DNA of 54,766 nucleotides, taken from Thermoproteota archaeon (GTDB lineage Archaea > Thermoproteota > EX4484-205 > JAAOZP01). The translations under genes were made by a program, and so were the position numbers. The notes beneath the pieces are model-generated. The model saw nothing but the letters and a program-made list of their open reading frames with translations, did not search any database and had not been told where the DNA came from. Positions 38,125 through 47,081 of the stretch are shown here, piece after piece. The DNA lies in contig JBNAVT010000004.1 in the NCBI GenBank assembly GCA_049700215.1, forward strand, positions 39,587 through 94,352, read 5' to 3'. The first letter of the stretch is position 1; each line of letters begins with the position of its first letter.

Positions 38125-39194
38125 ACAGTCCATCTGAAAACGGGCGATGGGTACATCCGCTCTGCCGCCCGCTTGAAGCAAGTAGAAACGGGCCCTTCCT
38201 CATCCTTGACGACGACGCTTTAATGACTATAGATAGCGAGGGAGTCAAGACAAGCAGGGACGATGGGAAAAACTGGTCTACCCCAATATCCGTCTTACCG
38301 GGGATAAAAAGCGGGGAACCCGGCTCATACTACATCTTGCGGACTAAGAGTAAGACGATTGTAACCGTCTACTTGGATTTCACAACCTACAGGTTCAGCT
38401 GGGATGATGAAAAGGGTGAACCGGGGGATGATTGCCGGCTGGAATTGTGGGCAGCCCGAAGCCTAGACGGTGGGAAAACTTGGGTTGACAGACAAAGGCT
38501 TTTAGAAGGCTACAACGCCAATTTCTTCGGCTTCATACAGACTAGGAGCGGAAGGATCGTCGCCACAGTTGAGCATTTAACTAGGAACCCAGGCCGCTTT
38601 GTAGTCTGCTCACTGGCTTCAGATGACGAGGGGAAAACATGGAGGAGGAGCAACTTCATCGACCTGGGTGGACGAGGACACCATGATGGAGCAATGGAGC
38701 CTACTGTAGCGGAATTGAGCGACGGACGCCTACTCATGCTTATAAGGACAACTCTCGACCGCTTCTGGCAGGCTATTTCAGAGGACGGGGGAGAATACTG
38801 GCGGATCATTAAGCCCAGCCGGATAGACGCCAGCAATTCTCCAGGCTACCTGCTAAGGTTGAAGAGTGGCCGTCTAGTGCTCGTGTGGAACCGTTTAAAC
38901 CCGGAGGGACGCATCTGGGAGAAGGCTAAACCAGGACCGGCTTCAGAGAAGCCTACTTCATGGCATAGGGAGGAGCTCTCCATAGCCTTTTCCAAGGATG
39001 ATGGTGAAAACTGGAGTAAGCCGGTGGTTATCGCCATGCAGAGGGGTGGGCAGTTGAGCTACCCTTATGTTTTTGAACGTCGCCCCGGGGAGCTTTGGAT
39101 TACTGCAGGCTTTGCCTTCAAAAAAACGTGGGAGGAGCCGTTGCCACTGAGGCTTAAACTGTTCGAAGAGGAATTCTTCAAGGAAGCGTTGTAA
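38121..39194 (+). CDS. Sialidase-like BNR/Asp-box beta-propeller protein (no signal peptide)
   Basis: Five Asp boxes SRDDGKNW, SLDGGKTW, SDDEGKTW, SEDGGEYW, SKDDGENW; MEP, SYP. Confidence 0.85.
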   Translation: MNSPSENGRWVHPLCRPLEASRNGPFLILDDDALMTIDSEGVKTSRDDGKNWSTPISVLPGIKSGEPGSYYILRTKSKTIVTVYLDFTTYRFSWDDEKGEPGDDCRLELWAARSLDGGKTWVDRQRLLEGYNANFFGFIQTRSGRIVATVEHLTRNPGRFVVCSLASDDEGKTWRRSNFIDLGGRGHHDGAMEPTVAELSDGRLLMLIRTTLDRFWQAISEDGGEYWRIIKPSRIDASNSPGYLLRLKSGRLVLVWNRLNPEGRIWEKAKPGPASEKPTSWHREELSIAFSKDDGENWSKPVVIAMQRGGQLSYPYVFERRPGELWITAGFAFKKTWEEPLPLRLKLFEEEFFKEAL

Positions 39195-39311
39195 GGCATG
39201 TGGTAGCAGGCTAATCACCATCCCGTTTTCAACACCTTTCTACGCGTATGCACGTCGATGCTGGTTCAGAAAAAGTTAATAGAAGCGGGAACGTGAATCT
39301 ACCGATGGGAA

Positions 39312-40799
39312 ATGAAGAGCACGAAAATAGGTTTAACAATGCTTCTCGACGAGAGGAAACATGTTTACCCAAGCTACTACGAGAAATGCTACAGGGTTGT
39401 TGAAAACTGGGCGAGGTTCATCAGGGACTCGATAAAGTTTTCAGACGGCGGTTCGCCGGAGACTGTGGTTTCGTCAGAACTCATAAATTCGATAAACTCA
39501 GCCAGAAGGGTTGGAGAAGAATTCCTGAGCAAAAGGGTTAAGCAGGTCATCCTAGTCTACAACGTCTGGGACTTCCCATACTTGGTTTGGCCCTTCGTAA
39601 ACACGCTGGGTAAGGATAAGCCGATACTCAGCCTTTCAAACAACGAGGGGAAGTATCCTGGCAACGTTGGCCTGCTCGCTACAGACGGTGCGTTGAGGCA
39701 GGCTGGTTTCCGGACGCATAGGATCGTCGGGGATCCTGACGACCCTCTTGTGAAGGAGAAGGTGAGGAAATGGGTCATGGCAGCAATAGCTGCAACAAAC
39801 ATTAGGAACGAGGTCTACGGCATGTACGGCGGGCACTCGATGGGGATGGAGACAGGCTATTTCCACCTCATCCCAGTGCAAAGGTATTTCGGAACAACCG
39901 TCAGCCAGGTTGACCAGCTGCTTCTAGTTGAGAAAATGAAGGAGATTGACGACCAGGAGGTGGAGAAAGGATTAAGATGGATGGAGGACACGATTGGAGA
40001 AATAAAGTACGACGAGAAAATGCTTACGAGGGAAACACTCGGTAAGCAGATAAGAATGTACCTCGCAGTCAGGCGGATAAACGAGGAGATGGGTTTCGAC
40101 TTCTGCGGGATAAAGGGTCAGAGGGAGCTTTCCGAGCACGTGGTGATTCCCGACGTCGCCGAGATGCTTCTGAACGACCCGTATGATTGGAACGGGCTGA
40201 AGGAGCCGACTGTCTGCGCCACTGAGGCAGACTCTTTCGCAGCACTCACCATGCAGATACTGAAGTATGTCAGCGGCGGGCTGCCTGTGCTTTTCATGGA
40301 TGTTCGGCTCTACCATCCTGACTTAAACGTGTGGGACTTCTGCAACTCGGGTAACCATGCGAGCTGGTATGCCTCGAGAAGCTTCAACCCGAGGGATAAT
40401 CTGAGAAAGGTTACGCTACACCCCGCGTTGGAACTCTACTTTAAAGCGGGAGGAGCCTCAGTCTCTTTCGACGCTGGACCAGGGGAGCTGACCTTCGCCA
40501 GACTAGGCTTATTTAACGACAAGATTTACATGATCATAGTTAAGGGTGAAAGCATAGAGCTCGACGAGGAAACAAGACGGAGGATTAACGCGGAAACTGA
40601 TCCCACGTGGCCTCACGTACACGCCAGGTTGAAATGCTCGTATGAAGAGTTCGTCGAAATGTTCCCGGCCAACCATATTCACGCTGTCGCTGGAGACCGT
40701 GTTCAAGAACTAAAATACTTCTGCGAAATAACTGGTGTGACACCCATCATCCTGGACGAGGAAAAGCATTCGAAGCCTATTTGGGATCTCCTCAAGTAG
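39312..40799 (+). CDS. L-fucose/D-arabinose isomerase family protein
   Basis: GGHSMGM, KGQRE, LNDPYDWNG.K, ATEAD, MDVR, CNSG, WPH, NHIH. Confidence 0.85.
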   Translation: MKSTKIGLTMLLDERKHVYPSYYEKCYRVVENWARFIRDSIKFSDGGSPETVVSSELINSINSARRVGEEFLSKRVKQVILVYNVWDFPYLVWPFVNTLGKDKPILSLSNNEGKYPGNVGLLATDGALRQAGFRTHRIVGDPDDPLVKEKVRKWVMAAIAATNIRNEVYGMYGGHSMGMETGYFHLIPVQRYFGTTVSQVDQLLLVEKMKEIDDQEVEKGLRWMEDTIGEIKYDEKMLTRETLGKQIRMYLAVRRINEEMGFDFCGIKGQRELSEHVVIPDVAEMLLNDPYDWNGLKEPTVCATEADSFAALTMQILKYVSGGLPVLFMDVRLYHPDLNVWDFCNSGNHASWYASRSFNPRDNLRKVTLHPALELYFKAGGASVSFDAGPGELTFARLGLFNDKIYMIIVKGESIELDEETRRRINAETDPTWPHVHARLKCSYEEFVEMFPANHIHAVAGDRVQELKYFCEITGVTPIILDEEKHSKPIWDLLK

Positions 40800-40870
40800 A
40801 GAGAATACTTGACCCGAGTCTTTCCCCCTCCACCATTATTTTTATAAACAGGCTAAAGCCTTTGAAAAGC

Positions 40871-41926
40871 ATGGAGACCAATTACGATCCTTTAAACATA
40901 TTTTTAGAAAAGTATGAGAAGGATAAGAGGGGTTTCTCCTTCGAAGCCAAGGATCTTTCAGAGTGGAAGACTTGGCGTCAGGGTTTTAGAAGAAAGCTTA
41001 CTGAGCTCATCGGCCTTGACTTCTTCGAATACACCGATATTTCTCCTGAAATAGTTTACAGGAAGAAGTACCCCGGCTACTTTAGGGAAAAAGTAATTCT
41101 GAGAAGCGACCCTTACACCGCAATACCGGCATACGTCTTGGTTCCAGAAGGGTGTGAAGAGCCTCTTCCTGCCGTGGTGGCTATGCATGGCCACGGTTAC
41201 GGTAAGGATGACCTAGTGGGTATTTGGGAGGATGGATCTGACCGTGTCAACCCCACGTCCAGAGGCTATCAGAAGGATTTCGCACTGGAACTGGTGAAAC
41301 GCGGGCTGCTCGTAATAGTGCCAGAGCAGAGTGGTTTCGGAGAACGCAGGACCAGAGACGATATTGCCAGGGGGAGCGAACAGAGCTCGTGTAAAGCTCT
41401 GTCCCTATGGGCGTTAATGATGGGAACGACAACCATAGGTCGGAGAGTATGGGACGCTATCAGGGTGGTGGACTATATTTTTACCAGAAGTGACGTTGAC
41501 CATTCAAGAATAGGAATGATGGGAATATCTGGAGGCGGGACCACGACGCTTTTCACGACAGCACTGGACGATAGAATTAAAGTTGTAGTGATAAGCGGCT
41601 ACCTTAATACTTTCAGAAGCAGCATACTGGCAGTGGACCACTGCATAGACAATTATGTTCCGGGAATACTTAGATACGGTGAGATGTACGATGTGGCAGC
41701 TCTAATTGCACCAAGGCCGCTGCTGGTAGAAAGCGGTTCCAAGGATCCAATATTCCCAATAGAGGCTGCGAAATACGCTTATGAGCAAATACGCAGAGCC
41801 TACGCCTTGCTGAAGGCTGAGGATAGGCTTGACGCAGACTTTTTCGAGGGGAGGCATGAGATAAGCGGGAGAAAATCATATGAATTCATGGTTAAATGGC
41901 TGAACGAATCTCCTGATGCCCAGTAA
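40871..41926 (+). CDS. Alpha/beta hydrolase (dienelactone hydrolase / carbohydrate esterase-like)
   Basis: MHGHG, GISGGG, HCIDNYVPG, APRPL, DPIFP, GRH. Confidence 0.85.
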   Translation: METNYDPLNIFLEKYEKDKRGFSFEAKDLSEWKTWRQGFRRKLTELIGLDFFEYTDISPEIVYRKKYPGYFREKVILRSDPYTAIPAYVLVPEGCEEPLPAVVAMHGHGYGKDDLVGIWEDGSDRVNPTSRGYQKDFALELVKRGLLVIVPEQSGFGERRTRDDIARGSEQSSCKALSLWALMMGTTTIGRRVWDAIRVVDYIFTRSDVDHSRIGMMGISGGGTTTLFTTALDDRIKVVVISGYLNTFRSSILAVDHCIDNYVPGILRYGEMYDVAALIAPRPLLVESGSKDPIFPIEAAKYAYEQIRRAYALLKAEDRLDADFFEGRHEISGRKSYEFMVKWLNESPDAQ

Positions 41927-41997
41927 CTTTAGCGACGGAACCGTTTCGGCAAAAATTAATTACTTCTCTCAAATGCTCACTACAGGTGAACAACGGG

Positions 41998-42792
41998 ATG
42001 AAGATATGGATAATGACGGATCTTGAAGGAGTTGCAGGGGTTTTCAGCTTCGATGAGCACGCGAGCCCCAAGGGCAGGTGGTATGATCTCTCGCGGAAAC
42101 TCTTAACCCAGGAGGTTAATGCTGCTGTCGAAGGAGCGTTGGAGCAGGGGGCAGGAGAGGTTCTAGTAGTCGATGGGCACGGGTGGGGTGGAGTAAACAT
42201 AGAGGAGTTACACCCTGAGGCTAAGCTTCTCGCAGGCAGGCCCCTCCTACTGCCATGGGGCTTAGAGAAGGGGTTTGAAGCAGCCTTCATGATCGGGCAG
42301 CACGCTATGGCTGGCGTGGAGAAGGCGCACTTGAGCCATACTGAGAGCCATACTGCTATTCAAAACGTTTGGATAAATGGTGTTAAAGCAGGCGAGATAG
42401 CTATAGTTGCAGCTGTAGCAGGATATTTTGAAGTTCCACTTGTTTTAGTCACAGGAGATAAGGCGGCATGTCTGGAGGCGGAGGCACTAATACCCGGGTT
42501 GGAAACAGTAGCCGTAAAGGAGGGGTTGAGCCATGGGGCGGCGGTAAGCGTAACACCGGTTAAGGCGAGGATGATGATTAAAGAGGGTGTGAAAAAGGCT
42601 ATGTTGAAAACAAGCATTATACCGCCCTTCAAAGTAGAAAAGCCGGTTAAGCTGGTTGTTGAGTTCACTGAAGAAAACAAGAGTTCTGCCGAAACACTGT
42701 CTAAAAGACCCGGCGTGAAAAAGATCGACGATAGAACAATAAAGATAGAGGGGAACGACCTGCTTGAAGCCCTCGAAAAATGGTGGATGTAA
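41998..42792 (+). CDS. dppA: M55-family D-aminopeptidase
   Basis: MTDLEGVAGV, EVNAA, DGHG, GQHA, LSHT, GEI, TGD. Confidence 0.9.
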   Translation: MKIWIMTDLEGVAGVFSFDEHASPKGRWYDLSRKLLTQEVNAAVEGALEQGAGEVLVVDGHGWGGVNIEELHPEAKLLAGRPLLLPWGLEKGFEAAFMIGQHAMAGVEKAHLSHTESHTAIQNVWINGVKAGEIAIVAAVAGYFEVPLVLVTGDKAACLEAEALIPGLETVAVKEGLSHGAAVSVTPVKARMMIKEGVKKAMLKTSIIPPFKVEKPVKLVVEFTEENKSSAETLSKRPGVKKIDDRTIKIEGNDLLEALEKWWM

Positions 42793-42838
42793 CCCTTGTA
42801 AAATGCTTTTCACAAAATGCGTTTTGTTTTAAAATAGT

Positions 42839-43477
42839 CTATTGCATTGTTTTTAGAAAGGGATTTATGCTCCTCTCCCTCGCAATCGTTGAGGATGGGC
42901 CGTGACCCGGATAAATCTTAGTCTCACCGGGAAGAACCATAAGCCTCGTCCTTATAGAATCCATAAGCTCCTTGAATGAGCCCTCTGGTAGGTCTGTTCT
43001 TCCGACAGCGCCTGCGAAAAGCGTATCCCCAGTTAAAACGGTAAGGCGGTTGAGCAACGATATGCTTCCCCTTGTATGACCAGGAGTATGAACAACCCTG
43101 AGACTAATCTTTCCGAAAACTATCGTGCTTCCATCGGTTAAAGTAGCGTCAGGCGTAACTGGTTCATGCCGGATGCCGAACAGAACCCGAAACCCCTGAA
43201 CGTCAGTCAACATTGGAGCATCATACTCATGGATTAAGACTGGCGCGCCAGTCGCCCTCTTCAACCATCCATCCCCAGAAGTATGGTCAGGATGCCAATG
43301 CGTATTGACGATATACTTGATGTCTGCACCATATTTCTCTGCCTCACCCATAATAGTCTGAAGCTCAGCCTCACGGGTAAACCCGGGGTCTATTACGATA
43401 GCCTGCCGTGTTTCCGGGCAAACAAGCAGGTAACAGTTGGTTTGCAACCCGCCGACTATAAACTTCCTGATTATCAT
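42839..43477 (-). CDS. Metallo-beta-lactamase-fold hydrolase (glyoxalase II-like)
   Basis: TNCY, THWHPDH, HTPGHT, TGDTLF, GRTD, PGHG. Confidence 0.9.
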   Translation of the reverse strand: MIIRKFIVGGLQTNCYLLVCPETRQAIVIDPGFTREAELQTIMGEAEKYGADIKYIVNTHWHPDHTSGDGWLKRATGAPVLIHEYDAPMLTDVQGFRVLFGIRHEPVTPDATLTDGSTIVFGKISLRVVHTPGHTRGSISLLNRLTVLTGDTLFAGAVGRTDLPEGSFKELMDSIRTRLMVLPGETKIYPGHGPSSTIARERSINPFLKTMQ

Positions 43478-43620
43478 CCCGTGGGGAAAAAGCCTTGAGC
43501 TTTAAAAACCTACGTTCAAAAACTCCCTCAACATGCGGAGAATTGTCTGCAGACCCATGTGGTAGGCGGTAGCTGAAGAAGAGGGTTTTAAAATCACGGC
43601 TATATTCTGGGGCCGAACCC

Positions 43621-44589
43621 CTAATCCTGAAAAACGTTTTCAACCTCCCTTTTCCTACCTGTTTTTACGAGACGCTCGATCTCTGAAAGGGCTTCCGGAA
43701 CACTCATCGGCCCCATTCTAGTAACCTTCAACGCGCCAGCCGCATTAGCGAACTCGAGAAGCTCTCTAAGCCCCCGTTTCTTTAAATAGCCGTATACTGC
43801 TGCAGCATCGAAAGCATCCCCGGCCCCGGTGGGGTCGACCTCTGGAACCATGTAGGCGGGCTCGAAAACCGTCTGCTGCTCACTTATACCTATGGAGCCC
43901 TTCTCGCCAATTTTCACTATTAAAAGTTTTACGCCATACTTGAATATTTCTTTCGAAGCCTCTTCAAGATTCTTCTTTCCAGCTAGGTCGAACAGCTCAG
44001 CCTTAGAAGGCATCACGATTTCAGCGGCTTCCAAAACTTTTTTCGATATTTTACTTATCATGCTGGGCTCTATCAGCTCAGCCCTAAGGTTCGGATCGTA
44101 AGTAACTACTATACCCGCCCTATTCGCTATTTCAACAGCCCTGTAGCAGGATTTCCTGATTTCCTCCCCTATGGAGAGCGTGGAACCCATGATGTGCAGA
44201 ACCTTGAACATTTTCACAAAATCCTCGTCCACATCCTCCGGCCTGATCCTGGAGGCTGCGGAATGCTTTAAGTGAAACACGAATCTTCTACTACCGTCTG
44301 AGAAGTATGTTACGAAGGCCATTCCAGTAGTGTATTCTCCACGGGTAAAAACACGCGTAGTGTCAACATTATCAGCGGCCAGCCTTTTCCTTAAAAGATT
44401 CCCGAAATCATCGTTTCCAACAGCACCGATTATGGCTGATTTCAAGCCCAGCCTGGAGGCAGTGTCTATGAAGATTGCGGGAGCGCCGCTTGGAAAAGGA
44501 CCAGCATATTCGCCAGTCTCATAATGAGGCATATCCCTCCCCTTCCTCACGAATTCAACAAGCACCTCGCCCAGTGTTAGGACATCCAT
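43621..44589 (-). CDS. PfkB-family sugar kinase
   Basis: SGAPAI, GAVGNDDFG, YDPNLR, DPTGAGDAF, FANAAGAL. Confidence 0.92.
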   Translation of the reverse strand: MDVLTLGEVLVEFVRKGRDMPHYETGEYAGPFPSGAPAIFIDTASRLGLKSAIIGAVGNDDFGNLLRKRLAADNVDTTRVFTRGEYTTGMAFVTYFSDGSRRFVFHLKHSAASRIRPEDVDEDFVKMFKVLHIMGSTLSIGEEIRKSCYRAVEIANRAGIVVTYDPNLRAELIEPSMISKISKKVLEAAEIVMPSKAELFDLAGKKNLEEASKEIFKYGVKLLIVKIGEKGSIGISEQQTVFEPAYMVPEVDPTGAGDAFDAAAVYGYLKKRGLRELLEFANAAGALKVTRMGPMSVPEALSEIERLVKTGRKREVENVFQD

Positions 44590-44727
44590 CCCGAATGATT
44601 TCCATTTAAGGAGGAGCTATAATATTTTTTTTCCTCAACGCGCAAGACTATAAAAAGTTGTAGTTGGTTCATGAAAACAACGCTTTTGACAAATGCTTAA
44701 ATGATAGTATTAAACAGAAGAGTCGGA

Positions 44728-45945
44728 ATGTCGGGCTCAAGTAGGGAAGATAAGGGGACAATGGAGAAGCGAATGTCCTGGTGGCTTGAAGCAAGGTTTG
44801 GCATGTTCATCCACTGGGGGCTCTACGCTATCCCTGCCCGCGGTGAATGGGTCATGTACTGTGAAAGAATACCTAAGAACGAGTACGCGCGTCTCGCTCA
44901 AAAATTCAATCCTAAAAGGTTTGACGCTGAAAAATGGGTTGCGCTTGCTAAGGAGGCTGGCGCCAGATACATGGTTTTAACCACGAGGCATCATGACGGT
45001 TTCTGCCTGTGGGACAGTAGCGTCTCAGACTTTACTTCCGTTAAGACAGCGGCGAAAAGGGATTTCGTAGCAGAGTATGTCGAGGCCTGCCGTAAAGCCG
45101 GCATGCGTATCGGCTTCTACTATTCCCTGCTAGACTGGCGTTGGCCAGCATACTGGGATGGGCCTGAGAAGAATCCGGAGGGCTGGAGAGAGTTTCGAAA
45201 CTATGTTCATGCTCAGGTTAGAGAGCTCGTGAGCAATTATGGCAAGATAGACATACTTTGGTACGACGGCGCGTGGCCCCACGGTCCGGATGCTTGGCAA
45301 TCCGAGCAGCTTAACGCGATGGTTCGCAGTCTTCAACCAGAAATAATAATCAACAACAGGTCAGGGCTGCCGGAGGATTTTGACACTCCTGAACAACGCA
45401 TAGAAGGGTCTAAAAGGCCTTGGGAAGCATGCATGACTATAGACGACCTCTGGTGGGGGTATCATCCCGGCGACCCGAATCTAAAATCCCCGATGCAACT
45501 TGTGCGAAACCTGGTTAAGTGCGTCTCCGGAAACGGGAATTTCCTTTTAAACGTAGGCCCTAAGGCAGACGGCACTATTCCGCTGGAGCAGGCAGCCAGA
45601 ATGAGAGCCGTTGGACGATGGCTGCGGCGAAACGGGGAATCCGTATACGGTGCTGGAGCCGCGCCCTTCCCACAGCCTCATCTGGGTCAAGTCACCATGA
45701 AGGGTAACAGGGTGTACCTGCACGTCATGTTCTGGCCTGGAAGAGAAATGTGTGTAGCCGGTATCAAGAACAAGGTTTTAAAGACCTACATGCTGACGAG
45801 CGGAAGAAAACTACAGTTTGAGCAGAAGGAAGACCGTCTTTTCATACGTGGACTACCGTTGCGCGCGCCGGATCCAATAGACACCGTGGTTGTCTTGGAG
45901 GTGGAAGGCGAGCCCGAGGCAGCCCCACCATCCTTCTGGAAATAG
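44728..45945 (+). CDS. GH29 alpha-L-fucosidase
   Basis: ARFGMFIHWG, TTRHHDGF.LW, YYSLLDW, ILWYDG, INNR, WEACMT, LLNVGP. Confidence 0.93.
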   Translation: MSGSSREDKGTMEKRMSWWLEARFGMFIHWGLYAIPARGEWVMYCERIPKNEYARLAQKFNPKRFDAEKWVALAKEAGARYMVLTTRHHDGFCLWDSSVSDFTSVKTAAKRDFVAEYVEACRKAGMRIGFYYSLLDWRWPAYWDGPEKNPEGWREFRNYVHAQVRELVSNYGKIDILWYDGAWPHGPDAWQSEQLNAMVRSLQPEIIINNRSGLPEDFDTPEQRIEGSKRPWEACMTIDDLWWGYHPGDPNLKSPMQLVRNLVKCVSGNGNFLLNVGPKADGTIPLEQAARMRAVGRWLRRNGESVYGAGAAPFPQPHLGQVTMKGNRVYLHVMFWPGREMCVAGIKNKVLKTYMLTSGRKLQFEQKEDRLFIRGLPLRAPDPIDTVVVLEVEGEPEAAPPSFWK

Positions 45946-45959
45946 ATGTGTTAACGGCT

Positions 45960-46712
45960 CTAGAATTCTAGATTCAGCCTTTTTCTTTCACCAACTATAT
46001 GCTCAGCAACCTCTGCCACGGGAGCAACCCATATCTCGTCGCGATGCTTATGCAGGAATCTTAAAAACCCGGAGAGGTCTTCGTAGGAAACAGGCAGGTG
46101 CCCCTCGTCAATACCGTGGAACGTGAATATGGCCCATCTACCCTCGTGAACAGTCTTAACGGTTAAGCCTATCATCTCTTCACACCGCATTCTGTCGGCT
46201 GACCATGACCATAGCTCGTGCAGGTCGCAGGCGAGAGGTGAATTAGAATAGCCTTTTTCCCCAGAAGCCCTGGCAGCCAGGAAGATTTCAGCCACAACCG
46301 GCACGTAGCTCCTCTTATTCAAGCCCCTGCCGACACTGGTTTGGTAACATGGGTATGCGAACGTCCGGCTACCATCAGGTATAACCCGTCTTATCCTATC
46401 ATGAGCCTCAACTATGTCCATGCGAATATCCTCCAGAGTCATGTTCTCCAGCCCTCTGCAACCAGGGTCTCCTGGAAAGTTGCATGAGCAAGGGTGCGTA
46501 ACAGTGTGATTACCTATTTCATGACCACGCTCAGCAACCTCCCTCCATGCTTTCAAAAAATCCCCATACTCTTCCTTAGGATTTACGTAGAACGTTGCCT
46601 TAAAGCCGAGCTCCTCGAGCAGAGGCACGCCTAGATCCAGTTGCGAATGCAAACCATCGTCGAAAGTCAGTGAGACGGCTCCTTTAAAGCCGCTCGGCCA
46701 ATTAAACCTCAT
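45960..46712 (-). CDS. Polysaccharide deacetylase (NodB/CE4) family
   Basis: SLTFDDG, HEIGNHTVTH, FAYP, FHG. Confidence 0.88.
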   Translation of the reverse strand: MRFNWPSGFKGAVSLTFDDGLHSQLDLGVPLLEELGFKATFYVNPKEEYGDFLKAWREVAERGHEIGNHTVTHPCSCNFPGDPGCRGLENMTLEDIRMDIVEAHDRIRRVIPDGSRTFAYPCYQTSVGRGLNKRSYVPVVAEIFLAARASGEKGYSNSPLACDLHELWSWSADRMRCEEMIGLTVKTVHEGRWAIFTFHGIDEGHLPVSYEDLSGFLRFLHKHRDEIWVAPVAEVAEHIVGERKRLNLEF

Positions 46713-46845
46713 AACGCAACATTTTCAAGGCATGCTTTAAAAACTTAACCAAGACTTCTGAAAAACTAGCGTGCATTAACACATCCAGCAGGCAAGACCC
46801 ATATCAAGATCCTTAATCATTATTAAGACTTCCGAACGATTTTTA

Positions 46846-46856
46846 TCGCGCGCGCT
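46846..46856. repeat. TCGCGCGCGCT (A(GC)nT-type motif, one flank missing)
   Basis: Intergenic; a short coding-like remnant (MGLEDYGVFR, minus strand) runs into it. Confidence 0.7.
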
Positions 46857-47081
46857 CTGAAAACACCATAGTCCTCCAGCCCCATCCTCCTTTAAGCCAT
46901 CGTCAAGCACGGCTAACACTATTATGGGACGCATGGGAGGCTGACATTTGAAATAAGCCCGGTAGAAAACGTTTTTAGAGCGTTTTTACCTGGTCTCAGG
47001 GGCACCGGGTCTTGCAGGGCATTCGGGAACACGCTTTTCGACAAAATTTATAACAAGGTTTTTCCATCTACCTCCAGCAGC

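Noticed and set aside
45861-45868. GCGCGCGC inside the fucosidase gene
   Set aside because: Lacks A...T flanks and encodes LRAP in an intact LP..APDP segment with no frame break; treated as ordinary coding sequence
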